A stretch of 64,000 nucleotides of DNA from contig CAXHJY010000834.1 of NCBI GenBank assembly GCA_964016885.1, positions 124,001-188,000 on the forward strand. Direction: 5' to 3'. Of the stretch, positions 41,257 to 52,477 are shown piece after piece. This DNA comes from Eledone cirrhosa (Eukaryota). The translations under genes and the position numbers were made by a program. The notes below the pieces were generated by a model. That model was given only the letters and a program-made list of their open reading frames with translations, searched no databases and was not told the DNA's origin. Numbering within the stretch: the first letter of the stretch is position 1; each line of letters opens with the position of its first letter.

Positions 41257-41289
<33 letters not shown>

Positions 41290-41914
41290 AGTAAAAATTA
41301 GCGAGAATCGAATTTCAGCCCATGAAATAACGAGAAAACACTTTCGAGTTGTGAGGCAAGCGCTCAATAATTCAAATGAATTAGAGCTTACAACTTACGT
41401 TAAAGGCCAAACACACTGAGATGGTGGTTAAACTAATCAACCACATAGCGAAGATTCGATCTCCTATTTCGGGTCAAACAGATATACAGATATAAAATTA
41501 TATGAACATATAAATGTTTGATACTCACCCGGACCCCTGGAATGATGGTAAAGTCCAGTGTTGGGGTTTCTGCGGCTCCATAAGTCATTTACTGTCCACT
41601 TACATAAAGGATGTTAAGTTTCTCGTATATATTTATATATATATATATATATATAAATATTTATATATACCTTCCCACTTCTCTCTCTCTCTCTCAGAAT
41701 CTCTTATTCCCATATTTTGCTCTAAACACAGTTATTAAAAGCTGAATATAATGGAGAAATTAGATACCCCCTCTACGTTGGAACAGACCCCTCCCCCTGT
41801 TTTTCTATCATTATTGGCAAATATTGTTATTATTATACTTAACCAAAATAATTTTTGTCTAAAATTATAATTCTTATAATTAATATTTTATATATTTTTT
41901 ATCATTCTCACCAA

Positions 41915-42435
<521 letters not shown>

Positions 42436-42439
<4 letters not shown>

Positions 42440-43468
42440 AAAGGTAAACAGAAATAACAGCACAATCGGTACAGTATATGGAAGGTATATATTAGGTTAA
42501 CGCTTGATATAGCAGGAAGAGGGTCTTAATGTTTCAGACGCTAGTGCTTCATCAGAAGAAGGAATGAGAAATAAAATAGATTGAGGGGACAGGTGGGGTG
42601 GAATTGGAAAAAATGTCTTTAGATAAGAATAACAGGTCCATTCATGTTAACATCTCTTGCAAAACTGTTGGTGCTGGCGTTTTGTGTATGATTTGTTTTT
42701 TAGAAAAGTGGATGATGGAGCGCGTCTACTTGATGAAATGGAAAAAAAAACGTTTTGTAAAAAGAGCTATACTTGAGCACGTGCGTAAGCATGTGTTTGT
42801 GTGTTATTATAGGTCCGTATGAAGCTAAGAAGAAATGTGTGTGTATATGTGAGTAAAAGAGTGTGTGTGCATGTAAGTACGAAGCTATGAGCAAAAGTAT
42901 GTTAATATGAGGGTGTGTATCGGCATGTATTAGTTGTAAGAGAAGCTGCTAATGATCAAGAGAAAGCGATAGGAATTCAGGGGTGTGATAATGGCCAGGG
43001 GATTAGAGAAATTAGGGAGGTGAGTTGAGTCCAAGAGGGGAATAGGACCCAAGGCGGTGAATCAGACTTTGTTCAGTCCTGGTGAGCAAGGCCTGTGATC
43101 CATGATGTAAAGGGACACCCAGGACTGAAACATGTAGGGAAGAATGACCAGGAAAACAGAAATGACGGGCGACAGGAGTATCCAAAGCGAGTCTGATGTC
43201 CCTCAAATGTTCGGCAAAACGGTCCGCCATACGTCGACCCGTTTGTCCGATATATAAAGACCCGCAAAGGGAACACCAGAGGGCATAGACAACGTGGGTG
43301 GATGTGCAGGTGAAGGAATGGCGGATACGGATGGACCCCTTAGGGCATGTAAGAGTGGTGAGGGTGGAAATAAAGAGACAAGTGTTGTAGCGGGAACGGG
43401 AACAAGGATGAGAGCCTGGTGGAGTCGTGGGAGAGGACGAAAAGGAACTGCGAACCAAGAGGTCGCGG
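42436..43468 (-). mobile_element. 5'-truncated Penelope-like element: GIY-YIG endonuclease C-terminus plus 3' pLTR
   Basis: [20 protein letters not shown]...RFAEH...VARHF...E..LIHRL....PLGLN, stop at 43012; hammerhead in the 3' non-coding part. Confidence 0.92.
42524..42559 (-). ncRNA. Minimal hammerhead in Penelope pLTR (partly decayed)
   Basis: TCTT-CTGATGA-Agcactagcgtct-GAAA-CATT-AAGA; sister copy at 52271-52306. Confidence 0.7.
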
Positions 43469-43523
43469 CATATATATATATCAATATTTATATATATATA
43501 TATATGTATATATATAAATATAT

Positions 43524-43556
<33 letters not shown>

Positions 43557-43741
43557 TATCAATATATATATATATGTATATATATAAATATATCAATATA
43601 TATATATATTTGTAGTATGGTTGCTTCGATGCGTCCATAGGTGGTATGCCAGTTGAGCACTCAATGCTCCTTCAGAGCAGCAGACAGAAGATTTGCTGCG
43701 ATGTCGCTAGACGTAACTGAGGAACTTGCGAATCCTGAGGA

Positions 43742-44349
43742 ACATGTCCATACCATCTCAGTCTTCTCTCCTGCACACCACACCTTATCCCTCTTATACC
43801 CAGTTTCTCTCTCAACTCATCTATGCTTGGTCTTTCACTCACATTGACATTGCGCATCCAACAGAGCATGCTTGCTTCATTTCTCCCCTGCCGTCGCATA
43901 TCCTCTACAGTTGCTGCCCATATCTCACTACCTTGCAGCATCGCGCATCTCACACAGGCATCATATAACCGTCCTTTCGTATGCAGGGAGAAACCCTTCT
44001 TTGTCAACAGAGGAAACAGCTCCCTAAACTTCTTCCAACCCCTCCTTATTCTAGATACTATGGCCTCAGAACGCTAATCTGATCACCTAGGTACCGGAAG
44101 CTATCAACCACTTCTATAGAACCCACCTGCATTTGAAAAATGTGTTTATCACTGCGATTACTACTGTCAACTTTCCCTGTACATCTACTGTATACGTATT
44201 TCTCCCTACCTGTTAGTTTGCCTGCTATCCCACTACATCTCTTGTGTACCCAAGATCTGCATTGTGTACATTTTATAGAATTTATGCCAGTTCCTTTTCT
44301 ACTTATCAACACTTTTGTCTTAGCTATGTTCACCCTCTGTCCTGCAGGA

Positions 44350-44401
<52 letters not shown>

Positions 44402-44839
44402 TCATCATCATCATCATTATCATTTTATGTCCGCTTTTCCCTGCTTGCAAGGGTGGAACGGGTCTCTCCACTTGTCACGGTCCTTCGTCATCTCCACCGT
44501 GAGCTTCAGTGATCTGAGGTCTGTTCTCACCACCTCTGCCCATGTTTTTCGTGGTCTACCTCTACCACGTCTTGCTTCAACTGGCATTTCCTGGCACTTC
44601 TTCACCCATCGGTCATCCTCCATGTGCATCACATGTCCATACCACCTCAGTCTCCTCTCTCGCACACTACATTCTATCCCTCTCAGACACAGTTTCTCTC
44701 TCAACACATTCATGCTGGGTCGTTCACGCACATTGACACTGCACATCTAATGGAGTATGCTTGCCTCATTTCTCTCCAGCCGTCGCATATCCTCTGCAGT
44801 TGCTGCCCATGTCTCACTACCATGCAGCATTGTGCTCCT

Positions 44840-44845
<6 letters not shown>
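43742..44845 (-). mobile_element. Two RTE 3' fragments separated by a (TA)n/(ATC)n tract
   Basis: Close to 30530-31397 (GINSIKCTQCRSWVHKRC, RRLRWYGH). Confidence 0.88.
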
Positions 44846-44869
<24 letters not shown>

Positions 44870-44871
<2 letters not shown>

Positions 44872-45258
44872 CGATATTAAACAAATGGAAATTACATTTA
44901 TAAAACCATATTTATTTCATTATATATATTTCAGGGATATCATATTAAAAATATGGTATGCCCTCTTCAGATAAAATACAATATATAGACAGCTTTATAA
45001 ATAAATTTGACATACCTTAGAGTTCACAACTTCCATTTAAAAAGTTGTTACTATAAAATACAATATATATTGTACCGTAACAACTTTTTAAATGGAAGTT
45101 GTGAACTCTAAGGTATGTCAAATTTATTTATAAAGCTGTCTATATATTGTATTTTATCTGAAGAGGGCATACCATATTTTTAATATGATATCCCTGAAAT
45201 ATATATAATGAAATAAATATGGTTTTATAAATGTAATTTCCATTTGTTTAATATCGTA
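44870..45258. repeat. 182-bp apparently perfect inverted repeat with 25-bp spacer; each arm carries a degenerate hammerhead-like motif
   Basis: Arms 44870-45051 / 45077-45258; CTGAAGA(45158)-GGG...CCC-T-GAAA(45196)-TATA-TA. Confidence 0.9.
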
Positions 45259-45341
45259 AAATACTCCAAAATCTGTTGAGTGCTTTTATATCAGTTATAA
45301 AATATTTACTCGTTGTAACCCAACATTTTAAATAAAACTTT

Positions 45342-45396
<55 letters not shown>

Positions 45397-45401
<5 letters not shown>

Positions 45402-45488
45402 AAAATGTTTGACCCCGACGGCAGAGCTCAAGCCATTTCGACGGCGAAACGGCTTGAGCTCTGCCGTCGGGGTCAAACATTTTCCTAT
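45397..45488. repeat. 44-bp GC-rich hairpin, one mismatch, 4-nt loop
   Basis: Arms 45397-45440 / 45445-45488. Confidence 0.9.
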
Positions 45489-45719
45489 TACCCACTCTAC
45501 TACGCTCAGTATTGAGTACTCTGGTGCGTTATGATTCATCTGGTTCCTTACCACACTTCCTTCGTTATATATATATAAATATATATATATATATTTAACG
45601 AAGGGTATAATAATGAATTAAGAAATAGTTATTGTTAAATGGATTAGCATGGTTATAGTTGAAATAACAATAATAAGAAGAATAGGGATAATAACGAGAA
45701 TATAAGGAATAAATGATTT

Positions 45720-46351
45720 GGTTATATATAGTTTACTTCACATGAATCAATTAAAAAATACATATAAAACAGTTACCAAGAGTTGTTAATGTAGTTATTG
45801 CTGCTGATGTGAGGCTGTTGTAGTCTGTTGTTGTTGCTGGTGTGAAAACAGCGAGCGACAGATAATTGTTGTTGGAATTTGGAGTCCGTGGTAGTAGTTG
45901 TGAGACCGTAGTTAGTAAGAGAGAGAGAGAGATGGTTTGTATATCTCTGAATGGTCTGTAATTGGTGGTAGACCACTGTGGCTTGTACAGGGTCTGTAGT
46001 AGTAGGGCTCTAATCTCTGTGTGTATCTGTAGACCTCATGGGGTCTGTTGATAGTGGTGAATTCTAACATAGTTAGTTGTTAGCGTAATGCTCCGATGTC
46101 TCTGGCTTTTCTGTAGACCTCTGGGGTCTGAAGTTAGTGGTTAATCTTTACATAGTTAGTTGTGTATCCTATCGCTCCGATGTCTCTGTGTGTAAAGTGG
46201 GAAAATATAGGCTTTATATAGCTATCGCTTCCTGTCTCCCCACCATGAGGGGATAGCCAACGCATCAACCTGTCTACACCAAAAGGGTGTTGACCTAGAA
46301 TTTAACCTTTAGGTATCACCCAAAGTTCAAGGCACAGACAGGTTTCGCTAC
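45720..46351 (-). mobile_element. Possible solo LTR
   Basis: Minus strand starts TGTAGC next to (TA)n, has CTATATAAAG and an internal ~80-bp duplication; 3' end uncertain. Confidence 0.35.
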
Positions 46352-46414
46352 ATATATATATATATACACATACATATGTATATATGTATGTAAAAACATT
46401 TATATCTAGTAGAG

Positions 46415-46721
46415 TGCTTCTCAAACTATCTGATGTGGCGGACCGGCATTTTTTTTTCAATGTGCCACGTACCGCTAATATTTCGTAGTAATATTAATTT
46501 ATACCGGAAACGATATATATAATGAATATAATAAAAGTTGACCATTTTTTTATCTTCTATTTATTTTGTAAACAAATAATACAATATCAAAACATATAAA
46601 AAAGTAATAAAAAAAATTCCTCAAATGATTCCTTAGCATGGCCTGGACACTGGCCGCGTACCGGTAGCTGATGGCTCGCATACCGTCACCGGTCCGCGTA
46701 CCACCACTTTGAATAGCACTG
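46415..46721. mobile_element. hAT (Charlie-like) MITE
   Basis: Ends TGCTTCTCAAA / TTTGAATAGCACTG; candidate 8-bp TSD TAGTAGAG at 46407 and 46722. Confidence 0.65.
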
Positions 46722-47174
46722 TAGTAGAGAGTCAGAGCTCAGCCATCAGGCTCTGACTCTCTACTTTAATTACACTCTACTATCCCAAATATCGAGTATT
46801 CTGTTGAATAATGGTCTTACTAGTTTACAATTGGTATAATTCTAATCTCTCTCTAGCTCTGTTCTATACATATATACATAGAGCACTCTATTTCTCCTTT
46901 GCTTTTCCTTCGGAATTACCTAACATATATATATATATATATTTAATAACAAAATTTTGTTTTTAAATGTCTTGCTTTCTCCACCATATATTTATGCATA
47001 TACCTGCTTTGCTTATCTTCTGCATATAAACTCTCCTTAAATATTAACTCCACTATAATATTTAATCTCACATGTTTAAGCAATGTGCACGTTTCACTTT
47101 GGCTAAAGGTGTCTAACATATATTATAGTTCCTTCTCCTCTATTCTTATGATATATGACTCTCATTTTGATATA

Positions 47175-47266
47175 AAGACCCTCTTCCTGCTATTTCAAGC
47201 GTTAACCTAATATATTCCTTCCATATACTGTACTGATTGTGTTGTTATTTCTGTTTACCTTTTACA
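47175..47266 (+). mobile_element. Penelope pLTR 3' fragment
   Basis: Reverse complement of 52186-52274 and 42436-42527. Confidence 0.8.
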
Positions 47267-47302
47267 TATATATATATATATATATACATATATATATACA
47301 TG

Positions 47303-48597
47303 TCATCATCATCATCGTTTAACGTCCATCTTCCATGCTAGCATGGGTAGGACGGGCTGTCCCTTTGTGAGGGATCAGGTCGGGGTCCGTGATTCACTCA
47401 CACAGAACTAATTTGGCTTGGTTTCTATGGCTGGATGCCCTTCTTAGCACCAACCACATTTACAGTGTGTGCTGGGTGCTTTTTGCCGTGTCGCCTACAC
47501 GACCACTTTACAGAGTGGACTAAGTGCTTTTTGCCGTGTCGCCTACACGACCACTTTATAGTGTAGACTAGGTGCTTTTTGTCGTGACACCAACACGACC
47601 ACTTTACAGAGTGGACTAGGTGCTTTTGTCGTGACACCAACACGACCACTTTACAGTGTGGACTAGGTGCTTTTTGCCGTGACACTTATACGATCACTTT
47701 ACATTGCAGACTGGGTGCTCGTTTTTGTAATGACACCTACATGACCACTATAGTTGGCTGGGCTCTTTTGTTGTGGCTCCAGGAGGGATCACTTTATAGA
47801 GGAGGTTGGAAACTTGGGAGGGGTGGGGGAAATTGGGGACATAGGTATAAGGGAGGTTTATGGGAGGGTAGATAGTTGGGAATGGTGTTGCCTACTAGGT
47901 ATATGCCTCAGCCTCAAGAATAATAGAGGGTAAGTCTTTTGTAATATTTCATAGTGCCAGAGGTCACAGTCCTGTGTCTTTGCCTTAGTGAGATGTAATT
48001 GAGCAAAGTTAGCTCTTATTACCTCATCCCAAGTCTTCCTAGGCCTGCCTATACATGGCTACCATCAACTTTGAGTGCTCTGCACCTTTTTATACAGCTG
48101 TCATCCTTCATACACGTCACATGTCCATACCAATGCCATCCTCTCCTGCACACATCTGATCCCTCTTATGCCTAATTTCTTTCATAGTTTATTTATGCTT
48201 TGCCATTCGCATATATTGATATTATATATCCATTGAAACATGGAGGTTTCATTTCTTTCTAATCTATGCAGGTCCTCTGCACACAGAGCCCAGGTCTCCC
48301 TGCTGTGCAGCATAGTTGTTCTTATACATGCATCATACAGTCTACCTTTCATTTTGAGGGAAAAACCTTTTGTAGTTAACAGCAGTAGTAGATCTCTAAA
48401 CTTTCTCCAGCCCAATCTCACTCTGGTTATTGTATTTTCGGAACACTCTCCCCCACTGCTTATTTGGTCACCCAGGTAACAGAAGCTATCTACCACTTCT
48501 ATAGAGCCCTCTAGGCATTTGAAGGGGATTGTATCTTGAGAGCTCTTGTTACTTATTGTTCCTGTGCACCGACTGCATGTAAAACCTACATTCTTTG
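47303..48597 (-). mobile_element. 5'-truncated RTE LINE with expanded ~48-bp repeat in the 3' UTR
   Basis: ORF 48182-48652 has FCYLGD, KGRLYDAC; about 6 repeat units at 47455-47760. Confidence 0.9.
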
Positions 48598-48669
48598 TAT
48601 ATATATATATATATATATATGTGTGTATATATATATGTATGTATATATACATACATATATATATATATC

Positions 48670-48812
48670 ATGGTATATGTTTGACATGTCATATCTGTCA
48701 TCATATGTTTGACATGTCATGTTTGTCATCATAAAATATATCATATTTGTCATCGGTTGTTTGACATGTCATATCTGTCATCGTAAAATATGTCATATCG
48801 ATCATCATATAT
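48670..48812. repeat. Short tandem repeat with palindrome TGACATGTCA
   Basis: TGTTTGACATGTCAT three times plus partial units. Confidence 0.7.
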
Positions 48813-49219
48813 ATTTGGAAACTATTCGCCTTTTGTCTCCAATTAATTGTATAATTATTTCTACTTTTGGCACAAGGCCAGCAATTACCCAGTGTATTAC
48901 TGGTACTTTAATTAATTGTATAATGACAGAACTTATATGTGGTTGTTCAGCCTGGTAAAATAAGCAGCAAAAATTTCCTCAAACCACATCCCACTATCTT
49001 GATAAGGAACACATTGGATAATGTTGTCTAAGGTATATGATATTGCTGAAAGTAAGAAAAGAAAAAACAGTATAGTCATGACTGGAATGCCTTTGATCTT
49101 AAGTCTGCTTGATCAGAGCTGAGATGGGCTGTATTAAATTATGTTACAACTGTAAATTCTATTACCTTAGTTTTTTAAGTAACTGTGAAAATGTGTTTCA
49201 TCTATAAGTTTTTTAATGT

Positions 49220-49251
49220 CTAACAAACTGTTTTCTTTTGCTATTTTTCAG
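49220..49251 (+). promoter_or_regulatory. Branch point and 3' splice acceptor of the ZNF coding exon
   Basis: CTAAC at 49220, then TTTTCTTTTGCTATTTTTCAG|. Confidence 0.7.
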
Positions 49252-49385
49252 ATTCAGTTAACATCATTGATATATCAAATTGTTAATATGGACTGAAAAT
49301 TAAAAACATTCCGGTAGATTTCACATTGGTGCTGGAAGTTAAAAAGCAGCAGAGATTATTTCTTGGCCTACATAAATCAGAAGAT

Positions 49386-49928
49386 ATGTATTCAACCCAG
49401 TCTAACATGTATCCAGTTGGACAGCAGTTTATGTGTGATATCTGTGGACGAGCCTTTTCTCTCTATGACCAGCTGAAGTTACACAAGCGTTCACACACCA
49501 CTGACAACAAGATGTACAACTGTGAAGTGTGCAAAAAATCATTCACCCAGAAAATCAACCTGAAGAACCATGCTCGAACTCACACTGGAGAAAAACCTTT
49601 CTCATGCCCAACCTGCTCAAAATCCTTCAGTCAACGGGGCAACTTGAAAATACACCAACGTTCCCACACAGGGGAAAGGCCTTTCCATTGTCACCTTTGT
49701 CCCAAAGCATTTAGTCAGAAGGGAAACCTAAAAACACACGTTCGAACTCATGTCAACAAACGTGTTTTCACCTGTGAAACATGTGGTAAAGTCTTTACTC
49801 ACAAGTCCTTGCTTCAGTGTCATGAAAAGGCTCACATGTTTGAAAGAATGTCAAATATTTCCGATGTCTACACACCAAACAACAGTGCTGTTTTTGACTT
49901 AAACAATCCAGCAAGACCAATGCACTAA
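49386..49928 (+). CDS. C2H2 zinc-finger protein, 5 tandem fingers, 180 aa from first ATG
   Basis: Five intact CxxC..HxxxH motifs, TGEKPF/TGERPF linkers; the ORF-track start at 49326 is TTG. Confidence 0.93.
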   Translation: MYSTQSNMYPVGQQFMCDICGRAFSLYDQLKLHKRSHTTDNKMYNCEVCKKSFTQKINLKNHARTHTGEKPFSCPTCSKSFSQRGNLKIHQRSHTGERPFHCHLCPKAFSQKGNLKTHVRTHVNKRVFTCETCGKVFTHKSLLQCHEKAHMFERMSNISDVYTPNNSAVFDLNNPARPMH

Positions 49929-51383
49929 GGTGTTGCTATCACAATGCTTCTAATGTTGATTGATCATAGCCACCACAACTACATGATTCTCCAGAGAGCT
50001 TGATAGAGACAGAAATTTATTAAAAATCATTTCTTTTCCGTGTTGCTCAGTGTAAAACACTTAGGCTCATTCTTATAACTTTCTTTATTTCATGCATGAT
50101 AGATTTCAAAGAACTCCAAATGTGTTTCTGATAAACCAGCTCATGTGCCAAACTTTCTGTATTTTATTTACTGTGAATTCTTGTTGGTTAAATTTAATTT
50201 ATCAAAGAAGCTTTCTATTGTGGATTTTCTTTATATTTTTTCTTTCTTTTCATGACATACATATGTGTGTGTGTTTGAGAAAGAGAGAGTGTGGGTGAGA
50301 GAGAGTGCATGTGTGCATGTGGATATGTATGAGCATTTTATGTATGTGTGCATATCATCATCATCATCATCATCATACATCTATTTTTCATGGGTTGTCA
50401 CATTAGTTAACCATGTCTTGCTCATATAGATCTGTTCTTGGTTTCTATAGCTAGATGCCCTTCCTAATGTTAACAACATTACAGAGAGGATTAGGTGCTT
50501 TTTTTTGTTTTGGCAGCTGTACTGTAAGAGAACAGATGTGGAGCACATCTAGCTTTCCGTGCTTGTGTGCATAGGTTGGACAGAAGTAGTGTATCAGGGG
50601 TGTAGAAGGTGAGGGTTGGGGGAATGAGTATGCAAGTTAGACATGGATGGATGAGGTGCGTGAGCAAAGTTCAGGATGAGATACTTAGCTGGTGGTGGGG
50701 GTGAGAATTATGATTACGGAAGGTGATAGTATATAACTGTTCCAAATTATTAATTTGTTGAGCTGCTTATACTGTGACTAGTACTTTGCACCTCTTTCTC
50801 GTGGATATGATGTCCAGTCCTATTTGTATCTGCTGCCACAGTTAAAACACTTTCACACCCCAACCCTCACTCTCAGATTCCAAGAGATATAAAGGTATTT
50901 TATACTTTATTGGAACTTATTCAAAGACAATTCCTCAAAGGATTAGTTTTGTGTCTTCCGTAACTCTACCAAATTCGATTGTTGTTAATCAATAATGGAT
51001 TATTTAGACTGATTTTTGCTTTATGAATCATGAAATGGTACAATAAGGAAAATAAGAAGTTTTTCACCTTAAAGTATGTACATTTTCCTAAATATTATGT
51101 GCTTTATATATATGTACAAAATAATGTGTTTCTCAAATGCTATATGGCTCTATCTCTCTCTCTATATGTATATCTTTTAATTTGAATTATATATATATAT
51201 ATCAAATGCATGTGTACAATCCAATTGAGAAGAAGAGAGTAGAGATTAGTTTGTGAGAATTATAAGCCAATAGTAAAGAGGGCAGTGTGCTCTATGTGTA
51301 TATGATGCAAGACAAGAGTACAGTGAGAGTGTGCAAGAGAAATATAAGCCAAGCAATAAATATATAGGCAGAGCATAAATATG

Positions 51384-51762
51384 AAAATTACAGTAGGAGA
51401 AAATACAACCAAATTCTTGAGAAAGTGTTTATTTGTTTACAATTGTTTCAGAGGACAAAATCACAATTTAATCTATAAAATTGAGCCCTATCAATATATG
51501 AATCGATAGGTCTATGTGTTATTATTAGATCTTTTTCTAATTTCTTCCATAAGTGACATGTCTTTTTGAAATTTGTTTTATATGTTCTGAAGATCAGGTC
51601 CGACCTTGATTTGCTCTTAATAACACATGGACCTATCGATTCATATATTGATAGGTCTCATTCAATCTTATAGATTAAATTGTGGTTTTGTCCTCTGAAT
51701 CAATTGTAAACAAATAAACAATTTTTCAAGAATTTGGTTGTATTTTCTCCTACTGTAATTTT
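51384..51762. repeat. ~140-bp imperfect inverted repeat in a pLTR-like element
   Basis: Arms ~51384-51525 / ~51619-51762. Confidence 0.85.
51583..51712 (+). ncRNA. Decayed long-helix-II hammerhead
   Basis: TGTT-CTGAAGA-T[~100 nt]T-GAAT-C AATT G-TA-AACA; the inverted arm retains GAAAC. Confidence 0.55.
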
Positions 51763-52004
51763 GATATATATTTATGTGTGTATGTGTGTATATATGTATA
51801 AATATTTATATAAATATATGTGTGTGTGTATATATATATATACATATATAATAGAATTAGGATTTAGCTTTGAGCATAGCTGTATACATATGTATTGGAA
51901 TTTCGTACTTCTAAAGAAATACGGTATGTTTATAGATAAACATTTAGAAAGCCATAGCTATGCAAAAACACCACTGGTGGTGTCCAGCAGAAGCAAAGGG
52001 GGAC

Positions 52005-52050
52005 AATCATTGATGCATTTCAAACTTAACTGGTTCTCATCAGGACGATC
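52005..52050 (-). ncRNA. Minimal type I hammerhead with palindromic tetraloop
   Basis: GATCGTC-CTGATGA-GAAC cagttaa GTTT-GAAA-TGCA-TC-AATGATT. Confidence 0.7.
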
Positions 52051-52185
52051 CCTCCCACTCTTGCGACTGCTGGATTTGAAATCAGGCGAGAATATATAGT
52101 TTTCTCGTCTGTGTAGATAAGATGATTAATCTCATTTGCATATCAAGTTGTATAAGTTGGCTCAACTTAGAATAGAATTAGGATT

Positions 52186-52438
52186 TGTAAAAGGTAAACA
52201 GAAATAACACAATCGGTACAGTATATGGAAGGAATATATTAGGTTAACACTTGAAATAGCAGGAAGAGGGTCTTAACGTTTTGGACACTAGTCCTTCATC
52301 AGAAGAAAGAATGAGAAATTAGAAATATTGAAGGGATGGGCAAGGTGGAATAGGAAAAAATGTTTTTAGAGAAAAATAACAGGTCCATTCATGTTGCCAT
52401 CTCTTGGAAAACTGTTGATGCTGGCATTTTGTGTATGA
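52186..52438 (-). mobile_element. Solo Penelope pLTR fragment with hammerhead at 52271-52306
   Basis: Close to 42436-42693; TCTT-CTGATGA-A-GGAC tagt GTCC-AAAA-CGTT-AAGA (GAAA mutated to AAAA). Confidence 0.85.
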
Positions 52439-52477
52439 TATATATATATGTATATATGTGTGTGTGTATATATGTAT

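Larger units (their letters stand above)
39418..41261 (+). mobile_element. ~1008-bp head-to-tail non-coding repeat (1.83 units), one hammerhead per unit; retrozyme or pLTR-like
   Basis: Units 39418-40424 and 40425-41261 differ at only about 5 positions seen by eye; (TA)n on both flanks. Confidence 0.75.
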
